Shown here in pieces: positions 24,009 through 32,207 of a stretch of DNA of 39,345 bases. Each line of letters opens with the position of its first letter. Position 1 is the stretch's first letter. A model generated the notes under the pieces. That model saw only the letters and a program-made list of their open reading frames with translations. It had not been told where the DNA came from and searched no databases. Position numbers and translations under genes: made by a program. Origin of the DNA: an uncultured Candidatus Saccharibacteria bacterium (GTDB lineage: Bacteria; Patescibacteriota; Minisyncoccia; Minisyncoccales; GWA2-38-27); assembly GCA_964408385.1 (NCBI GenBank), contig CAYOZF010000001.1, positions 6,003 to 45,347 of the forward strand, written 5' to 3'.

Positions 24009-25225
24009 GGAACAAATATTTTAGCAATTGATTTACCTAGTTTTTTTGTCTTCTCCCCAATTCCCCAGCGGTAACTCCTGACATTAGACTCCTCTTCTAA
24101 TTCAATTCCTTCTAAAACCAGACCCATAAGAGTAGATAAGCTGGGCTCGGCTTGAAACCCAGGAAGCCCTTTGGGAATTCCTATCCGGCAAGGAAGCCTT
24201 AGTTCTTTTTTGGCTAAATCTTTAATACCAGGAAGTTTTGCCCCGCCGCCAGTCAACACCACTCCAGCTGGCAGCATTTCCTGACGACAAGCTTTTCTCA
24301 ATTCCTTATCAACCAAATTAAATATCTCACAAACCCTGGCATCAACTATATCCATTAAAAGCTTTGTTGAAAAACTAAGAGGCTCTTCTGCTTCAAGCTT
24401 AATCTTTTTCCCTGTTTTTCTAGAACTTCCCTTGCAAGTAGCGAATTCAAGCTTTATTTTCTCAGCTGTATCAATATCTGTTTTAAGACAAATAGCAATG
24501 TCATTGGTAATATGGCCTGAACCAACTGGCAGAATAGCTGCATGGATTAAATTGCCCTCTTCAAAAACGGCCATCCCAGTGGTGCCAGCTCCGATATCTA
24601 AAACACAAACTCCAAGTTCTTTTTCTCTTGGAGTTAAAACTGCTTTAGCGCTGGCCAAAGGATCAGCAACTAAATCATTGATTTGAAGACCAGAGCTTTC
24701 AATGCTCTGGCTGGAGTTCTTGATATAGGGAGAAAAACCGCAGAGAAGTAAAGCCTCGGCTTCTAGCCTTACTCCCTCCATGCCGACAACTTCTTTTACT
24801 CCTCCCTCCCCATCAACAATAAATTCTCTGGGGAAAGTCTGAATAATCTCATTATTTGAAGAGAGAGAAACAGCTCTGGCTGCCTGCAAAACCCTATCTA
24901 CATCCTCTTCTGATATTTTCCTGTCAGCCCGAGAAACAGAAACCAGTCCTTTGGAACAAGCAGAATGGATATGGCCTCCTCCAATATTAGCATAAACACT
25001 TTCTATCCTTCTGCCAGAATTCCTACTGGCTCTTTCTATCAAGGAAGAAATTGTCTCAGCTGTGTTCTTAATATTAATAACTACTCCTTTTCTTACTCCC
25101 AAAGAAACTTCCTGCTCCTGGGCAATAATTTCCAAGCTTTCTTCTCCCGGCTTTTTAATAATGGAGAGCAGTTTGATAGAACCGGAGCCGATATCTAAAG
25201 CATTGATAATATATGATCTAGGCAT
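24005..25225 (-). CDS. ftsA: FtsA
   Basis: Actin-fold motifs DIGSGSIK and VLDIGAGTT. Amphipathic C-terminus KKLGKSIAKIF. I place the start at the ATG at 25225 (MPRSYII). The track start at 25234 is TTG. ATGA overlap with ftsZ. Confidence 0.9.
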   Translation of the reverse strand: MPRSYIINALDIGSGSIKLLSIIKKPGEESLEIIAQEQEVSLGVRKGVVINIKNTAETISSLIERASRNSGRRIESVYANIGGGHIHSACSKGLVSVSRADRKISEEDVDRVLQAARAVSLSSNNEIIQTFPREFIVDGEGGVKEVVGMEGVRLEAEALLLCGFSPYIKNSSQSIESSGLQINDLVADPLASAKAVLTPREKELGVCVLDIGAGTTGMAVFEEGNLIHAAILPVGSGHITNDIAICLKTDIDTAEKIKLEFATCKGSSRKTGKKIKLEAEEPLSFSTKLLMDIVDARVCEIFNLVDKELRKACRQEMLPAGVVLTGGGAKLPGIKDLAKKELRLPCRIGIPKGLPGFQAEPSLSTLMGLVLEGIELEEESNVRSYRWGIGEKTKKLGKSIAKIFVP

Positions 25226-25252
25226 AATTTTCAATTTCTAAAGCTTGCTTTA
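25226..25252 (-). promoter_or_regulatory. Recurrent palindromic motif copy (ybeY-ftsA spacer)
   Basis: Gene orientation: TAAAGCAAGCTTTA-GAAATTGAAAATT-ATG. The core is at 25239-25252, and the -10-like TAGAAA lies 9 nt from the ATG. Confidence 0.6.
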
Positions 25253-25591
25253 CTATTTATTTAAATAATGATTTTGTTTCTTTTCCATTAATTTTCCGTG
25301 CTTATAGCCTAAAACATGGAGAATCCCGTGGATTAAAACTTTAGCCATATCTTCTTTCTTAACTACTGCTGAACAAATAACTATTTCGTTCAAGTCCTGG
25401 CCAAAAGACAAAACATCTGTTACTTTATCCTCTCTGCGGTATTTCTTATTAAGCTCTTTTATTGTTTTTTTACCGACAAAAGCAATGGATATATTTTCTT
25501 TTCTATTCTCGCCTTTTAAAACTTTTTTGGCAAGTCCTTTTAAAAAACCTTCGTCAATTCTTCTCTTGGTTAGGTTATTAATCTCTATCAT
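25253..25591 (-). CDS. ybeY: rRNA maturation endoribonuclease YbeY
   Basis: Zinc motif HGILHVLGYKH. 112 aa. Confidence 0.85.
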   Translation of the reverse strand: MIEINNLTKRRIDEGFLKGLAKKVLKGENRKENISIAFVGKKTIKELNKKYRREDKVTDVLSFGQDLNEIVICSAVVKKEDMAKVLIHGILHVLGYKHGKLMEKKQNHYLNK

Positions 25592-26045
25592 TGCTTAATA
25601 TTTCTTTTACAATTCTGCTTACTTCACCTCCATCTGCCTTTCCTTTTATATCGGGCCTTAATTCAGCCATTACTTTACCCATATCTTTTATTTCTAAAGC
25701 ATTGGTCTTCTCAACAGCTTTTTCAACTAAGCCCCTGATCTCTTCTTCAGAAAGCTGTTCGGGCAGATACTTCTCTAAAACCTTTAGTTCTGCTCTTTCC
25801 TTGTCAGCCAAGTCTTTCCTTTCGCCTTTTTCAAACTCCTTTATAGCTTCTTTTCTTTTTTTAGCCTCAGAAGAAACAACATCTATTAATTCCTCCTCGG
25901 TAAGTTCTTCTTCCTTTGTTTTATACTTCTTTTCTTTTTCCTTATTGGAAACAGCAGCCAAGAGCATACGCAAAGTAGAACGAGAGACTTCATTGTTTTC
26001 CTTTACTGCTTTGTTTAAATCGTTTTGAAGGTCTTTTTTCAACAT
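25578..26045 (-). CDS. yqeY: GatB/YqeY-domain protein
   Basis: 155 aa. N-terminus LKKDLQNDLNKAVKENNEVSRSTLRMLLAAV and C-terminus GKADGGEVSRIVKEIL are typical of YqeY. Confidence 0.8.
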   Translation of the reverse strand: MLKKDLQNDLNKAVKENNEVSRSTLRMLLAAVSNKEKEKKYKTKEEELTEEELIDVVSSEAKKRKEAIKEFEKGERKDLADKERAELKVLEKYLPEQLSEEEIRGLVEKAVEKTNALEIKDMGKVMAELRPDIKGKADGGEVSRIVKEILSNDRD

Positions 26046-26263
26046 TATTTTGATTTACCTAATTTCTCCATTTTTTCGTATTCCTTTTTCAATTCTTCTC
26101 TTCTTAAAGCAGAACGTTTCTTCATCTGGTTGCTTTTTGGCCTTTTTCTAAAACGGGCTTTTCTCGCCCTAAGCAAAATACCGCTTTGTTTCATTCTTCT
26201 GGAAAAGCGGCGAACTAAGTTTTGCGAGGTTTCCCTGCCTTCTTTTTTGATTTCTAAAGCCAT
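26045..26263 (-). CDS. rpsU: 30S ribosomal protein S21
   Basis: 72 aa, very basic. LVRRFSRRMKQSGILLRARKARFRKRPKS matches the S21 pattern. TAATG overlap with yqeY. Confidence 0.75.
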   Translation of the reverse strand: MALEIKKEGRETSQNLVRRFSRRMKQSGILLRARKARFRKRPKSNQMKKRSALRREELKKEYEKMEKLGKSK

Positions 26264-26298
26264 AATTTTCTAAAAATTTCTAAAGCTTGCTTTAATAA
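26264..26298 (-). promoter_or_regulatory. Recurrent palindromic motif copy (HIT-rpsU spacer)
   Basis: Core TAAAGCAAGCTTTA at 26281-26294. TAGAAA (26277-26282) lies 13 nt from the ATG. Confidence 0.6.
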
Positions 26299-26604
26299 TT
26301 ATTTGCTGAATAAATGCATGTGGATATGGTCTATAATCTGACCAGCTCCTCTGCCCGTATTAATTCTTAATCTATAACTTTTTAAATCCTTGCTAATTTT
26401 TTGAGCGGTTAAAATCATATCCCCCATTAATTCCCTGTCTTCTGGCTTAAGGTGAGCTACTGAATCAATGTGTTTCTTGGGAATAATTAAAAGGTGGATA
26501 GGGGCGCTGGGATTAATGTCTTTGATAACAATAAACTTCTCGTCTTCATATATATAGTCGGCTGGCTCTTGTTTAGATATAATCTTGCAAAAGACACAAT
26601 CCAT
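26299..26604 (-). CDS. HIT-family (histidine triad) nucleotide hydrolase/transferase
   Basis: HIHMHLF triad and CVFCKI N-terminal motif. 101 aa. Confidence 0.85.
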   Translation of the reverse strand: MDCVFCKIISKQEPADYIYEDEKFIVIKDINPSAPIHLLIIPKKHIDSVAHLKPEDRELMGDMILTAQKISKDLKSYRLRINTGRGAGQIIDHIHMHLFSK

Positions 26605-26706
26605 AATTTTCCTAAAATTTCTAAAGCTTGCTTTAATAATTATTTCTAATTTCTAAAGCTTGTCTTTAATAATTATATATTTAATTTCCAAAACTTGTTT
26701 TAATAA
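26605..26706 (-). promoter_or_regulatory. Three tandem copies of the recurrent motif (hisS-HIT spacer)
   Basis: Cores at 26622-26635, 26654-26668 (with a 1-nt insertion) and 26689-26702 (AAAAC/GTTTT variant). The unit periods are 32 and 35 bp. Confidence 0.6.
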
Positions 26707-27984
26707 TTATTTTATTTTATTTTTTATCTTTGCTACCGCCTCTTCCAACTTAACTGTTTCCTGCTTTCCATTCTGCATATCCCGAATTATAACTACCCCG
26801 TCTAAAGCCTCCTTCTGGCCAAGAATCAAAGTATATCTGGCTCCAATCTTATCAGCCCTGTTTAACTGGACTTTCAGAGAGTCGCGACCAAAAGATTCAG
26901 CTACTTTTATTCTTGCTTTTCTGAAATTCTCTAAAAGGCTCAAGCTCTTTCTTTTGGCTAGACTTCCAAGCTGAGCTAAAAATACCTGGGTTTCAACTTC
27001 TTTGCCAGTCTTTACGTCCTGATTCTTCATTAGAGAAATAATTCTTTCTATACCAACTGCTACCCCGCAGGCTGGGACGTCTCTACCTCCTAAAATCTTA
27101 ATAAGCCTGTCATACCTTCCTCCTCCTCCTAAAGCGTTTTTGGAATCTTCTTCTGTTTCAGAAAATATTTCAAAGACTGTCTTAGTATAGTAATCAAGGC
27201 CTCTGACTAAATGTGGATTAAGATTGTAAGGAAGCTCAATCTCGTCTAAAAACTCTAAAACCTCTTTAAAATGAGTGTGACATTGGTCGCAGAGATGATC
27301 TAATATCTGAGGCGCTTCAGCTTTTATAGGTTGACATTTTTCCTGTTTACAGTCAAGCACTCTTAAAACGTTTTCCTTGATTCTTTTCTTGCAGTCAGGA
27401 CATAAAGAAGATTCTCTGGATTTTAAATAGTTTGACAAGAGCTTTTTATAATAGGGACGACAATTGCTGTCTCCAATGCTGTTTACCTCTATAACAAGAT
27501 TCTTTAATTTAAGTTCTTTTAAAACATTATAGGTAATCTGGATAACCTGGGCGTCAATCACAGCGTTGCTTTCCCCAAAGATCTCAAAGCCAAACTGCCA
27601 GAACTGACGATACCTCCCCGACTGAGGCCTTTCATAACGATAGCAGGGGCCAAAATACCAGAGCTTCAAAGGCTGGGGCAGACTATACATTCCATGCTCA
27701 ATATAGGACCTGACAACCGGAGCTGTCCATTCCGGCCTTAAGCTTAAAGCATCTCCTCCTTTGGTTTTCAAACTGTACATCTCCTTCTTAACAATATCGG
27801 TAGCTAATCCTATTCCTTTGGAAAAAAGCTCTGTTTCTTCTAAAATAGGGGTATCAATTTTCCCAAATCCGTAGAAATCAGCAATATTAGAAACTACATC
27901 ATAGATTCTTTGATAATATTTCTGGTCTTCAGGCAGAATATCATGCATTCCTGTTGGAGTTTGAAATTTGGGTTTCTTAGCCAT
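26707..27984 (-). CDS. hisS: Histidyl-tRNA synthetase
   Basis: Class II motifs: GMHDILP, FGPCYRYERPQSGRYRQFWQFG, GGGGRYD. 425 aa. Confidence 0.9.
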   Translation of the reverse strand: MAKKPKFQTPTGMHDILPEDQKYYQRIYDVVSNIADFYGFGKIDTPILEETELFSKGIGLATDIVKKEMYSLKTKGGDALSLRPEWTAPVVRSYIEHGMYSLPQPLKLWYFGPCYRYERPQSGRYRQFWQFGFEIFGESNAVIDAQVIQITYNVLKELKLKNLVIEVNSIGDSNCRPYYKKLLSNYLKSRESSLCPDCKKRIKENVLRVLDCKQEKCQPIKAEAPQILDHLCDQCHTHFKEVLEFLDEIELPYNLNPHLVRGLDYYTKTVFEIFSETEEDSKNALGGGGRYDRLIKILGGRDVPACGVAVGIERIISLMKNQDVKTGKEVETQVFLAQLGSLAKRKSLSLLENFRKARIKVAESFGRDSLKVQLNRADKIGARYTLILGQKEALDGVVIIRDMQNGKQETVKLEEAVAKIKNKIK

Positions 27985-28007
27985 TAATTAAGCTAAAGCT
28001 TGTTATA
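27985..28007 (-). promoter_or_regulatory. Partial copy of the recurrent motif (lepB-hisS spacer)
   Basis: Gene orientation: TATAACAAGCTTTAGCTTAATTA-ATG. Only the CAAGCTTTAG half is conserved. Confidence 0.4.
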
Positions 28008-28574
28008 CTAATAAGATGGGATACTAAACTTCTCTAAAGAATTAATAGGCCAGGCTCTTAAAAATACCCTGCCAATGATATTCTCTTCTGGCAGAGCACC
28101 GAATCTTCTTGAATCAAAGGAAAACCCCCTGTTATCGCCCAGAACAAAATACTCCTCCTTTCCTAAAACAACTATCGTATCTCCAGAAGTAGACAAATCA
28201 GATAGGTAATCTGTTTCATCTAAAATATAGGTTCCCTTCTCATTATAGATTGTTATCTTTCCTTCTTTAATCTCTACTGTTTCTCCGGGAAGACCGATAA
28301 CTCTTTTAATAAACCTCTGGGAGGGATTTAAAGGATACTTGAAAACAATAACTTCCCCTCTTTGAGCATCTTTGAATCTGTAAGTAATCTCATCAATAAT
28401 CAAATAATCACCGTTTTCAAAATTAGGATCCATTGACTCTCCCCTAACGAAAAACGGCTGGAACAAAAAGTACCTAATAGGAATTACTATTGCTGCAGCA
28501 ATAATAATTATTTTTACAAGTTCTATAATAAAAGAATTCTTTTTATCCGAAGATTTGTTCTTTATGATATCCAT
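28008..28574 (-). CDS. lepB: Signal peptidase I
   Basis: RGESMDPNF (catalytic Ser), KRVIGLPGE (Lys), GDNRGFSFDSR. I place the start at the ATG at 28574 (MDIIKNK). The track TTG start at 28619 lies inside the -35 box (28611-28616) of the promoter upstream. Confidence 0.85.
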   Translation of the reverse strand: MDIIKNKSSDKKNSFIIELVKIIIIAAAIVIPIRYFLFQPFFVRGESMDPNFENGDYLIIDEITYRFKDAQRGEVIVFKYPLNPSQRFIKRVIGLPGETVEIKEGKITIYNEKGTYILDETDYLSDLSTSGDTIVVLGKEEYFVLGDNRGFSFDSRRFGALPEENIIGRVFLRAWPINSLEKFSIPSY

Positions 28575-28587
28575 AATATTATTATCT

Positions 28588-28616
28588 ATTCTACCAGATA
28601 TTTTCTTTTTATGCAA
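28588..28616 (-). promoter_or_regulatory. Promoter TTGCAT-17-TAGAAT, 13 nt upstream of the lepB ATG
   Basis: -35 at 28611-28616 and -10 at 28588-28593 on the minus strand. Confidence 0.6.
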
Positions 28617-28618
28617 CA

Positions 28619-28648
28619 ATAAAAAAGCTGAGATTAAAAAATCTCAGC
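28619..28648 (-). terminator. Intrinsic terminator with no annotated gene upstream of it
   Basis: GCTGAGATT (28627-28635) pairs with AATCTCAGC (28640-28648), followed by TTTTTTATT on the minus strand. Confidence 0.6.
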
Positions 28649-28939
28649 CTATCCAGTGGGATTTGTTTTTCGCTGCGTTATGCGCCGGTTTTTTCTTTTT
28701 CCTACAATGCTGCAAACTGGTCAATTTTCTTCTTTCTTACTGGGCCGTAGAACAATTCCTGTCTTTTCATGATACATTTCCTTTCTGGCCTAAGGCCAAA
28801 AAACAATAATATTACACCCTTTTCTAAAACCAGGGCTAAGTACCAAAAGAACTAAAAAAGAACTTTTTTTAGAATAACAAAATAAAAACACAGGATCAAT
28901 AAAGTTTTCTACAACTCTTAAAAATGCTATGATAAAGTA

Positions 28940-29455
28940 ATGATTATTATAGCGCTTATTATAGGACTGGGCAATCCAGGAAAAAAATACAGCAATACTC
29001 GACATAATATTGGTTTTGAGATTATTGATAAACTATCTGAAAAAAACAACTTTCCTGAATTCAGGTTTTCTAAAAAGTTTGATGCTTTGATTTCAGAAAA
29101 AGACAATATAATCTTAGTCAAACCCCAGACCTTTATGAACCAGTCGGGGAAATCTGTTAGAGCTATAACATCTTTCTATAAAACAAAAGAATTAATTGTA
29201 ATCCATGATGATATTGACCTGCTCTTAGGAAAAATAAGAGTTTCTGAAAACAGAGGAGGAGCTGGCCACAAAGGAGTTGAATCAATAATAAAACATTTAG
29301 GAACAAAAGACTTTACCAGAATAAGAATAGGAATCCAGCCAGAAAAAGGAAAGCCAAATAATGTAGAAAAGTTTGTTCTCCAAAGATTCAAGAAAGAGGA
29401 AATAAAGCAAATCAAAAAAGAAGCAATAAAAAAGCTTAGCCAATTACTTGACTAA
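28940..29455 (+). CDS. pth: Peptidyl-tRNA hydrolase
   Basis: LIIGLGNPGKKYSNTRHNIGF and GGAGHKGVESI motifs. TATGAT box 6 nt upstream of the ATG. Confidence 0.9.
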   Translation: MIIIALIIGLGNPGKKYSNTRHNIGFEIIDKLSEKNNFPEFRFSKKFDALISEKDNIILVKPQTFMNQSGKSVRAITSFYKTKELIVIHDDIDLLLGKIRVSENRGGAGHKGVESIIKHLGTKDFTRIRIGIQPEKGKPNNVEKFVLQRFKKEEIKQIKKEAIKKLSQLLD

Positions 29456-29962
29456 GCCTAGGGCTTCAGGGGTGGCGATAACGCACTTAATGTATCCAAT
29501 AGATGCTTTTTTTTCTTTCCCGACTGTAAATAAAAATTTCTTCCCCGAGATAACAACGAACATTTTTTCTTCTTCCGGTCCTGATAATATTTTGTGCCTG
29601 ATATCCCGCTCTTTTATTTTAATTTGTAATAGATCATTAGGTATAATAAATTCCTTAAGGGATAGTTGGTTAATCTTTGAATAGGCAAAGACTTTCCCTT
29701 TAATAAAATCAGAATGTTCAATCGCCCAAACAACTCCTAAAAGCTGGGCTGCCATTTCCGGAATATCCGCCCCTCTAAAAACTAAATGCTCTCCTCCTAT
29801 CTTATGGCTTCCCTGACCACAAGATTGTTCTGTCACCAAAAAATCTCCTATATAATCACTGCCTGATTTAAAAACATTATCCAAAAAAATTATATCTGAG
29901 GAATAAGGAATTATTTTTTTAATCTCTTCTCTGCTCGCAACCCTTTTTTTCTTTAAAAACAT
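29444..29962 (-). CDS. Hotdog-fold protein, FabA/FabZ-like
   Basis: IIPYSSDIIFLDNV ... FRGADIPEMAAQLLGVV resembles the FabZ core (HFP..P.MPG ... EAmAQ). I place the start at MFLKKKR (29962). The track start is 30016. Its 3' end overlaps pth convergently by 12 nt. Confidence 0.45.
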   Translation of the reverse strand: MFLKKKRVASREEIKKIIPYSSDIIFLDNVFKSGSDYIGDFLVTEQSCGQGSHKIGGEHLVFRGADIPEMAAQLLGVVWAIEHSDFIKGKVFAYSKINQLSLKEFIIPNDLLQIKIKERDIRHKILSGPEEEKMFVVISGKKFLFTVGKEKKASIGYIKCVIATPEALGLVK

Positions 29963-30026
29963 ATTGCACCTTCTTCCTTTCTTGTTAAAGTACGTTAGTT
30001 GTGTATAATAATACAATATATAAAGA

Positions 30027-30092
30027 TATATTTCAAGCTTTATTAAAGCGAGCTTTGGAAATTATTAAAACAAGTTTTAGAAACTAATAATT
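30027..30092 (+). promoter_or_regulatory. Two full copies and one partial copy of the recurrent motif upstream of topA
   Basis: Cores TAAAGCGAGCTTTG (30044-30057) and TAAAACAAGTTTTA (30066-30079), plus a partial CAAGCTTTA (30034-30042). TTGGAA-17-TAGAAA-9-ATG can be read across the two full copies. Confidence 0.6.
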
Positions 30093-32111
30093 ATGAACCT
30101 AATAATAGTTGAAAGTCCGACTAAATCAAAAACAATTGCCAACTTTCTAGGCCAAGATTACAAAGTCTTATCTTCTTTTGGTCATGTCCGGGATCTCCCT
30201 AAAAGCACCTTAGGAATAGAGATTGAAGAGAATTTCAAACCTAAATACATAATTCCTTTAAAATCAAGAAAGGTTATCAAAGAATTAAAAGAGGAGTCAG
30301 AAAAAGCAAAAGCAGTTATTCTGGCTACTGATGAAGATAGAGAAGGAGAAGCTATTGCCTGGCACCTTTCTGAAACTCTTGAACTAGACAAACCCCAGAG
30401 AATTGTTTTCCATGAAATCACTAAATCAGCCATTAAGCAAGCTTTAGAAAACCCCGGAGAAATCAATAAGGATTTGGTTGATGCCCAGCAAGCCAGAAGA
30501 GTTTTAGACAGATTAGTTGGCTACAAACTCTCCCCTTTTCTCTGGAAAAAGGTTGCCAAGGGTTTATCAGCTGGAAGAGTCCAGTCAGTAACAGTAAGAT
30601 TAGTTGTTGAAAGAGAGAAAGAAATCAAAGACTTTCTTCCCCAGGAATACTGGAGTATTGAAGCTTTATTTAAAAAAGGATTCCGGGCTTTATTAATAAA
30701 GAAAGACAATAAACCTATAGCTAAGCTGGATATTAAGAACAAAAAGCAGGCAGAAGACATTATCAAAGATTTGGAAAAAGTTGACTACTTAGTTGAGAAT
30801 ATTGAGAAAAAAGAAATAAGAAGAAATCCCCTCCCTCCTTTTACCACCAGCACTCTGCAGCAGGAAGCCTGGAAAAGATTCAGGTTCCCAGCTAAATTCA
30901 CAATGAGAGTTGCTCAACAGCTTTATGAAAGAGGACATATTACTTATCATAGAACTGATTCGGTAAACCTTTCCCAATTATCTTTAAATATAGCTAGAAA
31001 ATACATTGAGAATAAATACGGAAAAAACTACTATAATTTCAGAAAGTACAAATCAAAAGGCAAGGTTCAAGAAGCTCATGAAGCTGTAAGACCTACTTAT
31101 TTAGACAAAGAGCCTAAGCTTGATAAAAACCAGGAAAAACTTTATGAGCTTATAAAAACAAGATTCATAGCCTGCCAGATGTCCCAGGCAGTATTTGATT
31201 CTACCAGCATAGATATAAATGCAAAGCCTTTGGACAACAAAACCAAGAACTACATTTTCAGAGCTAATGGCCAAGTAATGAAGTTTGATGGATTCCTTAA
31301 GGTTTATCCAATGAAGTTTGAACAGACTGATTTACCGGAATTAAAAAAGGACGAACAATTAGAATTAGACAAACTAATACCTTCCCAACACTTCACCCAG
31401 CCTCCAGCCAGATATACTGAAGCAACCCTAATTAAAGCCTTAGAAGAAGAAGGCATAGGTCGGCCTTCAACCTATGCTCCGATTATCTCTACTATTCAAG
31501 CTAGAAACTATATTGAAAAGAACGAGCAGAAAAGATTCCAGCCCACGGAAATAGGAACAATAGTCAACAATCTTTTGGTAGCCCATTTCTCTAATATTGT
31601 TGATATCAAGTTTACTGCTAAAATGGAGGAGGAATTAGACGATATTGCCCAGGGAAAAGAAAAATGGACTCAAGTCTGCAAAGAGTTTTATACTCCTTTT
31701 GAAAAGAATCTTGAAGAAAAATATAAGGAAGTTGATAAAAAAGAAATAAGTGAAAAAGAGACTGATAAGAAATGTCCGGAATGCGATTCTCCTCTGGTTA
31801 TAAAATTAGGCAGGTTTGGAAAGTTCTACGCCTGTTCTGCTTTTCCAGACTGCAAATATACTGAATCTTTAGAAGAAAATGCTTTAAATATACCCTGCCC
31901 TAGATGCGGAAAAGGAAAAATAGTTGAAAAAAGAACCAAAAGAAAGAAAATATTCTATGGCTGCAACCAGTTTCCCGACTGCGACTTTGCTCTTTGGGAC
32001 AAACCAATAAATGAAAAATGCCCAGAATGTGATTCTCTTTTAATAGAAACAAAAAAGGGCAAGAAATGCTCTAATAAAGATTGCCAATCTAATAAAAATA
32101 TGGTAAAATAA
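30093..32111 (+). CDS. topA: DNA topoisomerase I with C-terminal zinc ribbons
   Basis: TOPRIM domain LIIVESPTKSKTI and ATDEDREGEAIAWH. Active-site region ITYHRTDS. Three CxxC...CxxC fingers at the C-terminus. Confidence 0.92.
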   Translation: MNLIIVESPTKSKTIANFLGQDYKVLSSFGHVRDLPKSTLGIEIEENFKPKYIIPLKSRKVIKELKEESEKAKAVILATDEDREGEAIAWHLSETLELDKPQRIVFHEITKSAIKQALENPGEINKDLVDAQQARRVLDRLVGYKLSPFLWKKVAKGLSAGRVQSVTVRLVVEREKEIKDFLPQEYWSIEALFKKGFRALLIKKDNKPIAKLDIKNKKQAEDIIKDLEKVDYLVENIEKKEIRRNPLPPFTTSTLQQEAWKRFRFPAKFTMRVAQQLYERGHITYHRTDSVNLSQLSLNIARKYIENKYGKNYYNFRKYKSKGKVQEAHEAVRPTYLDKEPKLDKNQEKLYELIKTRFIACQMSQAVFDSTSIDINAKPLDNKTKNYIFRANGQVMKFDGFLKVYPMKFEQTDLPELKKDEQLELDKLIPSQHFTQPPARYTEATLIKALEEEGIGRPSTYAPIISTIQARNYIEKNEQKRFQPTEIGTIVNNLLVAHFSNIVDIKFTAKMEEELDDIAQGKEKWTQVCKEFYTPFEKNLEEKYKEVDKKEISEKETDKKCPECDSPLVIKLGRFGKFYACSAFPDCKYTESLEENALNIPCPRCGKGKIVEKRTKRKKIFYGCNQFPDCDFALWDKPINEKCPECDSLLIETKKGKKCSNKDCQSNKNMVK

Positions 32112-32119
32112 TCATATTG

Positions 32120-32203
32120 GCCGAGGTGGCGGAATTGGTTTACGCGCAGCACTCAAAATGCTGTGGGAGCAATCCCATGTGGGTTCGAGTCCCACCCTCG
32201 GCA
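32120..32203 (+). tRNA. tRNA-Leu (anticodon CAA)
   Basis: Manual fold. Acceptor stem GCCGAGG/CCTCGGC plus discriminator A. Anticodon stem CAGCA/TGCTG with loop CTCAAAA. Long variable arm TGGGA-GCAA-TCCCA. T arm GTGGG-TTCGAGT-CCCAC. CCA is not encoded. Confidence 0.9.
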
Positions 32204-32207
32204 CACT

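Noticed and set aside
26605-26706. Three tandem repeats of about 32-35 bp, considered as a possible mini-CRISPR array.
   Set aside because: The units are contiguous copies of the promoter-proximal motif with no unique spacers. The same motif occurs singly upstream of other genes, and there are no cas genes.
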